A stretch of DNA of 64,000 bases, from contig JBBILR010000001.1 of NCBI GenBank assembly GCA_037444825.1, positions 11,879 to 75,878 on the forward strand, given 5' to 3'. The position numbers were made by a program, and so were the translations under genes. This DNA comes from Acidobacteriota bacterium. Its GTDB lineage: Bacteria > Acidobacteriota > UBA4820 > DSQY01. Below are positions 58,714 through 64,000 of the stretch, one piece after another. The notes beneath the pieces are model-generated. The model was given only the letters and a program-made list of their open reading frames with translations. It had not been told where the DNA came from and did no database searches. Within the stretch, counting starts at the first letter, position 1. The number at the start of each line of letters is the position of its first letter.

Positions 58714-60000
58714 TCAGTCCAAATGAAAGTTGACGGCGATGACCTGCTTCCGGCGGACGGGGTGTCCCTCCACGAGCGTGGGCTCGTACTTCCACCGAGA
58801 GACCGCCTCCCAGGCCGCGGCCGAAAGAAGCGGGTCGGGCGATTGCAGGATCCGGTGTTCGGGGGCCACGTCCCCCGACTCGAGGATCACGGTTTCCAGG
58901 ATGACGCGGCCATGGACTCCGCGGGCCTTGGCCTCCGGCGGGTACACCGGGGAGGGGCCGTCGAGGAGCCTGGGCATGGGCAGGGTGCCCATCTCGTACA
59001 CGCCGCCGGGCCCGGGGGCCTGCACCGCGCCCACGGGGGGAGCCGCCGGGCGGAGGGGCAGGTGCGCGGCGGCCAGGGCCCCGGCGAGGAGGACCGCCGC
59101 GGCGGCGAGAAGCCCCGCCGCCCACTGTTTCTTCTTCGTCATCGTCACCTCCTGGGTGAGGGAGGCCATTCTCCGGAGAAGATGGCCCCGGTGAAAGAAG
59201 GGTTGGAGGAGAACCGGCGGGGCGCCGCGCCGCCGCCGGGCCATGGCCGCGAGGGTTTTCAGGTAGAGGCGCCGCTCTCCCGTCATGCCCACCACGGTGC
59301 GGTCCACCGACTGCTCCCGCGCGAGGCGGATCTCCCGGAGGAACGGCCGCAGGGCGGCGTGGAACCAGAGCGACGCCGCCACTCCCTCTTCCAGAAGGCC
59401 TTTCAGGAAATGGCGGCGCCGGACGTGGACCAGTTCGTGCAGAACGACCGCGCGCAGGGCCTCCTCCTCGAGCTTCAGGGCGGAAGGGGGCAGGAGGACC
59501 ACCGGCCGGAGCCAGCCGAAGGTGACGGCGGAGGGGATCCCGCTGGAGACGGCGAAGCGGGCCTCGGATCCCATTTCCCCCCGGGCCTTCATCACCGCTT
59601 CCGGGAGAGGAGAGAGGGGGACGGCCTGCCGGGCGAGGCGCCGCAGGTGGAGGAGTCCCAGCGCCAGCCGCGTCAGGAGCAGGAGCGACGGCAGCCAGAG
59701 CAGAAGAAAGAGTCGGTCGTCCCCCCGCGAGACCGCCTCCGGAAGGCGGGCGGTGACGGCGGCGAAGGTGGTGGCGAGGTAATCCCCGGAGGGGCCGAGA
59801 GTGGCGGGCCGCAGGCGTCCCAGCCACGGAAGGACCAGGGGGAGGAGCAGGGAACCCCAGAAGAGGCCCTCCAGGCAGGCCAGGCGGAAGAAGGGGTCCC
59901 GGGGTCGAAGAAGGCCCAGGAACAGAGCCCCGGCGGCCAGGACCGCCGTCCCCTGGAGGACGTAGGCGAGGAGCGCCGTCAGAAAATCCGCGGCGCTCAC
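58714..60000 (-). CDS. BlaR1/MecR1-family M56 peptidase signal transducer fused to a C-terminal TonB-C domain
   Basis: It has 4 TM segments plus HELVHVRRRH (HExxH) typical of M56. After a further TM (WAAGLLAAAAVLLAGAL) comes a TonB_C-like domain (YPPEAKARGVHGRVILETVILESGDV...VSRWKYEP). Confidence 0.8.
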   Translation of the reverse strand: MSAADFLTALLAYVLQGTAVLAAGALFLGLLRPRDPFFRLACLEGLFWGSLLLPLVLPWLGRLRPATLGPSGDYLATTFAAVTARLPEAVSRGDDRLFLLLWLPSLLLLTRLALGLLHLRRLARQAVPLSPLPEAVMKARGEMGSEARFAVSSGIPSAVTFGWLRPVVLLPPSALKLEEEALRAVVLHELVHVRRRHFLKGLLEEGVAASLWFHAALRPFLREIRLAREQSVDRTVVGMTGERRLYLKTLAAMARRRRGAPPVLLQPFFHRGHLLRRMASLTQEVTMTKKKQWAAGLLAAAAVLLAGALAAAHLPLRPAAPPVGAVQAPGPGGVYEMGTLPMPRLLDGPSPVYPPEAKARGVHGRVILETVILESGDVAPEHRILQSPDPLLSAAAWEAVSRWKYEPTLVEGHPVRRKQVIAVNFHLD

Positions 60001-60359
60001 GGCTCTTGCTCCAACATGCGGGCGATCTCCTCCAGGTCCTTCCGGGAGAGCTTCCGGTCCTCCACGAGGCCGTAGACGAGCCGGAGGGCCGACCCCCCGA
60101 AGGCCTTTCGGAGGAACTCGTCCAGCATGGCGGAGAGGGTCTTCTGGCGGCTCTGGCGAGGGAGGAAGCGGAAGGCCCGCCCCTCCTTGCGGCGCCTCAG
60201 GTGGCCCTTTTCCACCAGGATGTTGAGCACGGTGAGGACGGTGGTGTAGGCCAGGGGCCGGGTGGGGTGGAGGGCCTCGTGGACCTCCCGCGCCGTGGCC
60301 CCCCCGGCGTCCCAGAGGACCTGCATGACGGCGAGCTCCAGGTCGGTGAGCGGTTTCAT
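59997..60359 (-). CDS. BlaI/MecI/CopY-family winged-helix transcriptional repressor
   Basis: MKPLTDLELAVMQVLWDAGGATAREVHEAL...YTTVLTVLNILVEKGHL. The ATGA overlap with the blaR1-like start is at 59997-60000. Confidence 0.85.
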   Translation of the reverse strand: MKPLTDLELAVMQVLWDAGGATAREVHEALHPTRPLAYTTVLTVLNILVEKGHLRRRKEGRAFRFLPRQSRQKTLSAMLDEFLRKAFGGSALRLVYGLVEDRKLSRKDLEEIARMLEQEP

Positions 60360-60373
60360 GGCCGCCTCCTAAC

Positions 60374-60389
60374 TACTAAGAATATAGTA
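60374..60389. promoter_or_regulatory. candidate BlaI-type operator: TACTA-AGAATA-TAGTA inverted repeat overlapping a -10-like TATATT of the blaI promoter
   Basis: It sits in the AT-rich 60360-60400 region 15-30 nt upstream of the blaI ATG. Confidence 0.4.
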
Positions 60390-60445
60390 CTAACCTTTTA
60401 GAAAGTCAAGGGGAGAGCAAAGCCCTGGCCCCGAGAGGCCGGACC

Positions 60446-61744
60446 TCACGGGTAGAGCTTGTAGAGCATCCTCGGGTAGGGGATGGTCTCCCTCACGTGC
60501 TGGAGGCCGCAGAGCCAGGCCACCGTGCGTTCCAGCCCGATGCCGAAGCCCCCGTGACGCACCGTCCCGTACTTGCGGATGTCGAGGTACCACTGGAAGG
60601 CGGAGACGGGGAGGTTGTGCTCCTGGATGCGCCTGAGGAGCAGGTCGTGGTCGTGGATCCTCTCCGAGCCGCCGATGATCTCCCCGTACCCCTCGGGGGC
60701 CAGGACGTCCACGCAGAGGGCCAGGGAGGGGTCCTGAGGGTCCGGCTCCATGTAGAAAGCCTTCACCGCCGAGGGGTACCGGTGGACCATGACCGGCCGG
60801 TCGAACTGCCGGGTGAGGACCGTCTCGTCGTCGCCCCCGAAGTCGTCCCCGTCCGCGATGTCCGAGCCCAGGGCGTGGAGGCGGTCCACCGCCTCCCGGT
60901 AGGTGATGCGGGGGAAGGGCTTCTGGACCCGCTCCAGAGCCGACGTGTCCCGCTCCAGGACCTTCAGCTCCTCGGCGCACCGGTCCAGCACGCGGGCGGT
61001 GACCTCCGTGAGGAAGTCCTCCGCCAGGTCCATGACGTCGTCCAGGGTGGCGAAGGCCACCTCCGGCTCCAGCATCCAGAACTCCATGAGGTGGCGGCGG
61101 GTCTTGCTCTTCTCGGCCCGGAAGGTGGGGCCGAAGCAGTAGACCTTGCCCAGGGCCATGCAGGCCGGCTCGAGGTAGAGCTGGCCCGACTGGCTCAAGT
61201 AGGCCTTTTCCCCGAAGTAGTCGGTCTCGAAGAGGGTGGTGGTCCCCTCGCACGCGGCCGGCGTCAGGATGGGGCTGTCGACGAGGACGAAGCCCCGCGT
61301 GTAGAAGTAGTCGCGGAAGGCCTGGACGATCTCCGAGCGGGTCCTCAGGATGGCCACCTGGCGGGAGGAGCGGAGCCAGAGGTGGCGGTTCTCCATGAGG
61401 AAGGCCGTACCGTGCTCCTTCTTGCCGATGGGGTACTCCTCGGCCAGGTGGTGGAGACGGAGGTCGGAAAGGGCGAGTTCCACGCCGCCCGGGGCCCGGG
61501 AATCCAGCCGCACGGTCCCCGTGACCGACACGGAGGACTCCAGGGTGACCCGGTCCATCAGGTCGAAAACCTCGGGGGGGACGTCCTTGACGAAGGCCAC
61601 GCACTGGAGGTAGCCGGTGCCGTCCCTCAGGATGAGAAAGCGCACCTTCCCAGAGGAGCGCTTGTTGTACACCCAGCCGTGGAGCGTGACCGGCTGGCCC
61701 TCGAGGTTCTTCAGGTCGCGGATGGTGGTCTGCCCCTTCGTCAT
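60446..61744 (-). CDS. asnS: asparaginyl-tRNA synthetase
   Basis: [47 protein letters not shown]... with class II motifs ([14 protein letters not shown]). It is 432 aa. The upstream part of the track ORF is spurious. Confidence 0.9.
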   Translation of the reverse strand: MTKGQTTIRDLKNLEGQPVTLHGWVYNKRSSGKVRFLILRDGTGYLQCVAFVKDVPPEVFDLMDRVTLESSVSVTGTVRLDSRAPGGVELALSDLRLHHLAEEYPIGKKEHGTAFLMENRHLWLRSSRQVAILRTRSEIVQAFRDYFYTRGFVLVDSPILTPAACEGTTTLFETDYFGEKAYLSQSGQLYLEPACMALGKVYCFGPTFRAEKSKTRRHLMEFWMLEPEVAFATLDDVMDLAEDFLTEVTARVLDRCAEELKVLERDTSALERVQKPFPRITYREAVDRLHALGSDIADGDDFGGDDETVLTRQFDRPVMVHRYPSAVKAFYMEPDPQDPSLALCVDVLAPEGYGEIIGGSERIHDHDLLLRRIQEHNLPVSAFQWYLDIRKYGTVRHGGFGIGLERTVAWLCGLQHVRETIPYPRMLYKLYP

Positions 61745-61782
61745 CGTCTCGTCCTGCCTTTCCTCCGCCTCGAAGATCTCCG

Positions 61783-63057
61783 TCAATTGAGCTTCCTCTG
61801 CTCCAGCTTGAAGGTGAAGTCGCACTGGCCGGCGTGGATGACGGCGTCGGGCCTCAGCTCCTTGAGGGTGATCCGCTCGCCGTTGAGGAAGGTGCCGTTG
61901 GTGGACTGGAGGTCCACGAGGTACCAGGCCCCTTCCTTGGGGACGATGCGGAAATGCTGGCCGGACAGGGTCCGGTCGGCGATGGAGATGGTGTTCACCT
62001 TGTCCCGGCCCACCGAGACCACCTGGTCGTGGGGGAGCTGGAAGGCCCGGGGGGGGTTGGATCCCCGCCGGAGCACCAGCACGGGGACCTCGTCCAGGAC
62101 CAGCGTGTGGTCCAGGGCTTCGGAAGGCGGGGCCTTCTTGAGGAGTTCCGGGTCCAGCTCGGGGACGGCCTCGGCGGCGGGGCTCTGGCTCTCGGCGCCG
62201 GGGTGGGTGATGGCGAGGCGCTTGGCGAGGCAGTCGGGGCACTCCGTCTCCCAGAGCTTGAGCTCCCTGCCGCACTTCTCGCAGACGCGGGATTCCTCCC
62301 GGCGGCCCCTTCGGATCAGCAGGAAGGCCGCCAGGGCCAGGCCCGCCAGGGCCAGCACGCCCAGGAGCGCCGCGAGGCCGAAAAACCACAGGGGCCGGGT
62401 CCCCGCGGAGACGGGGGCCGGGAGCGGGGCGGGCGCCGGCGGGGAAGGCGGAGCCGGAGCCGCCTCCGGGGGCCGGGGGGGCGGGGGGATGGAGGCGGCC
62501 GCCTCCTGGAGGGCGGTCTGGAGGGCGGAGGCTTCCAGGGGGACGTGCCCGGCGTAGCGGCCCGAGGTGAGGGCCGCCACGCGGCGCAGGACCTTCTCCT
62601 CCGCCGCCCCCACGCCCACGGCCACCACCACCACCCGGGCCGTCACCGCCCGGGAGGCGGCGTCCTCCAGGGTCACGGCGGAGTTCTCGTCCTTCCCGTC
62701 GGTGACCAGGAGCACCACTCCCCCCTCGCCCCGCGCCTCCAGGTCCCGCACGGCGGCGAAGAGACAGTCGTGGAGCAGGGTGAAGCGCCCCGCCGGCTGA
62801 AGGCGCCTCAGCCCCTGGGCCAGGGAGCCGAGGTCCATGGTGAAGTCCACCTCCTTGACCGCTTCGTCGTTGAAGCCGTAAAGGGCCACGGGGCCCCCGG
62901 CCGCCAGGGCCGGAAGGAGTTCGGCCACCCGGCCCTTGGCCTCTTCGAACTGCGCCTTGGGGATGGACCGGCTCGTGTCCACGAGGATGGCCGTGGGAGC
63001 GGCCAGGATTCCCAGAGAAAAGAGCCCGACGACGGCGACCAGAAGGCTTCGGCGCAT
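61783..63057 (-). CDS. exported VWA domain plus TM helix plus zinc ribbon plus cytoplasmic FHA domain protein
   Basis: After a signal peptide comes VWA with a MIDAS-like DTSRS...TDG. It has a Pro-rich region, a TM ([26 protein letters not shown]), [18 protein letters not shown], and an FHA ([25 protein letters not shown]...[18 protein letters not shown]). GGGGGAGGGAGG RBS. Confidence 0.8.
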   Translation of the reverse strand: MRRSLLVAVVGLFSLGILAAPTAILVDTSRSIPKAQFEEAKGRVAELLPALAAGGPVALYGFNDEAVKEVDFTMDLGSLAQGLRRLQPAGRFTLLHDCLFAAVRDLEARGEGGVVLLVTDGKDENSAVTLEDAASRAVTARVVVVAVGVGAAEEKVLRRVAALTSGRYAGHVPLEASALQTALQEAAASIPPPPRPPEAAPAPPSPPAPAPLPAPVSAGTRPLWFFGLAALLGVLALAGLALAAFLLIRRGRREESRVCEKCGRELKLWETECPDCLAKRLAITHPGAESQSPAAEAVPELDPELLKKAPPSEALDHTLVLDEVPVLVLRRGSNPPRAFQLPHDQVVSVGRDKVNTISIADRTLSGQHFRIVPKEGAWYLVDLQSTNGTFLNGERITLKELRPDAVIHAGQCDFTFKLEQRKLN

Positions 63058-63191
63058 GGCGGCACCTCCCTCCCCCGACGGCGGTCATTGTACCCGCAGG
63101 GGGCGGGGGCCGTCCACGGCGGGGAGAAAAGAGTCGCAGGGGCTCCCCGGAAGGGCTGGGAGGCGGAGGGCGCGGAAGGCGCCTCCGACGG

Positions 63192-63380
63192 TCAGAAGGC
63201 CGTGTCCTCCAAGACCTTCACCTCTTCCGCCCGCTCCTCGGTGAAGGACTCGGGGTACTGGAGGAAGAGGGTGCGGCACTCCTCCGAGCAGAAGAGGAAG
63301 GCGCGCCCCGCATGGTCCGCCTTCAGGGCCAACGGTCCTTCCTCCACCTCCGTCCCGCAGATGGGGCACCGGCTGGCCAT
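63192..63380 (-). CDS. small YHS/TRASH-like zinc-ribbon metal-binding protein
   Basis: [39 protein letters not shown]. Confidence 0.6.
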   Translation of the reverse strand: MASRCPICGTEVEEGPLALKADHAGRAFLFCSEECRTLFLQYPESFTEERAEEVKVLEDTAF

Positions 63381-63613
63381 GGCTCTCCTCCCGCTCAGAG
63401 AGAAAGCCAGAAGGATGCCAACGGGCTTTCCTGCCAGGAACCCTTGTCCCGGCGGGGAATAGGGAACCCGCGCTCCGATGCCCCGGGTCGAAGCCCCTAA
63501 AAAGCGTTGCTAAAGGTAACACCCGGCCCGGAGCGGCCAATCCCCCGGAGGGACCGGCTTCCCAACCGGCCGGCCTCCGAACGGTGCGAAAGCCGGCCCC
63601 CCGGGGGAAAGGC

Positions 63614-63991
63614 TCAGGAACTCCGCTTGAAGACGAGCTGCGTCTTGCAGTGGGGGCACACCCCGGGCTCCTTCGCCGCGTAGCCGCACTGGCCGCAGGT
63701 GAAGGAGATCTGGGAGAGCTTGGCCTCCTGGAGCGCCATCCCGCACTTGGAGCACTTCCCCGGTTCTGGCGAGACCTCGCAACCCATCTCGCAGACGTAG
63801 ACGGTGCGGTCGGGGTCGGCGGCGGGCGTGGCTTCCGCCGTGGGGGCCGTTTCGGCGGCGGGGGCGGCCTGGGCCGTCCCCTGGGGCGCCGCCGGAGCGG
63901 CCTCGGCCTTCTCGGCGGCGGGTTTTCCGCAGGCGAGGAGGAGCAGGGCGGTGGAAATCGCGGCGGGAACGAACAGCGTTTTCGGCTTCAT
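63614..63991 (-). CDS. lipoprotein with two tandem heavy-metal-binding (HMBD / CopA-N-like C-x-C...C-x-x-C) domains
   Basis: LLLACG is a lipobox. VYVCEMGCEVSPEPGKCSKCGMAL and FTCGQCGYAAKEPGVCPHCKTQL resemble the N-terminal metal-binding domain of Cu/Zn P-type ATPases. Confidence 0.65.
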   Translation of the reverse strand: MKPKTLFVPAAISTALLLLACGKPAAEKAEAAPAAPQGTAQAAPAAETAPTAEATPAADPDRTVYVCEMGCEVSPEPGKCSKCGMALQEAKLSQISFTCGQCGYAAKEPGVCPHCKTQLVFKRSS

Positions 63992-64000
63992 GGGACCTCC

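Noticed and set aside
53864-60075. 852-aa minus ORF opposite mrcA, and 918-aa plus and 803-aa minus ORFs across exbD, tonB and blaR1
   Set aside because: These are shadows of well-supported genes.
60446-63462. N-terminal 447 aa of the 880-aa minus ORF, and 686-aa and 542-aa plus ORFs over asnS and the VWA-FHA gene
   Set aside because: The AsnRS homology begins exactly at [11 protein letters not shown] (61744). The upstream portion runs into the VWA-FHA gene in a different frame and is compositionally biased.
63381-63613. tRNA or other structured RNA in the 233-bp gap (GGGTCGAAGCCCC resembles a T-arm)
   Set aside because: I could not assemble the flanking acceptor, D and anticodon stems on either strand. 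No other intergenic region (21020-21261, 41417-41879, 28079-28272) contains a GTTCGAATC-type T-loop with matching stems. No tRNA or rRNA is called in this window.

Overview
This is 64 kb of very high-GC (about 70%) bacterial chromosome with dense coding on both strands. Housekeeping and accessory genes are mixed, and the gene families suggest a Deltaproteobacteria/Myxococcota- or Acidobacteria-like genome. I see no rRNA, tRNA, CRISPR array or mobile element. About 60 CDS are supported by recognisable family signatures. The housekeeping set includes valS (partial), nifJ (PFOR), pepT, glnA, thiG, msrA, nrdJ, carAB, pta-ackA, the def-fmt-rsmB operon, asnS and mrcA (PBP1A). Because of the GC content, nearly every real gene is shadowed by long spurious ORFs on the opposite strand or in other frames. 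I rejected those and refined many start codons by residue counting and frame arithmetic against the ORF track. Non-coding features called: one sigma70-like promoter (TGGACA-16-TATAAT) upstream of nifJ; a near-consensus TTGACA-17-TATATT promoter upstream of nrdJ with an NrdR-box-like palindrome in its spacer; several perfect GC-rich hairpins, three of them with U-tracts (after nifJ, after ackA, between tonB and blaR1); a tandem/inverted GGGGACTAGG repeat block between thiG and an acyl-CoA dehydrogenase; a 5-bp inverted repeat in the blaI promoter; and an anti-SD hairpin (CCTCCT-CTCA-AGGAGG) occluding an RBS. The most unusual coding content is an AmmeMemoRadiSam module (26311-27519 and 24794-26314) in which both proteins carry N-terminal export signals. 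The radical SAM enzyme has an apparent twin-arginine (Tat) signal, and a fused Memo-AMMECR1 protein is translationally coupled to it and starts with a Sec-type signal. A second AmmeMemoRadiSam radical SAM paralog without a signal lies elsewhere in the window. Other notable items: a truncated CydA-like membrane subunit fused to a di-haem c-type cytochrome domain, coupled to an uncharacterised membrane partner; a RomR-like receiver protein with a roughly 330-aa Pro/Ala/Glu-rich linker preceded by two single-domain CheW-like proteins; a VWA-TM-zinc-ribbon-FHA protein; a BlaI/BlaR1 pair whose sensor carries a TonB C-terminal domain next to an exbD-tonB pair lacking exbB; an ArnC/ArnT-like glycolipid-modification trio; a MacAB-like efflux system with two distinct FtsX permeases; a CDGSH protein; two cNMP-binding proteins; and a 59-aa Trm112-like ORF missing from the ORF track.
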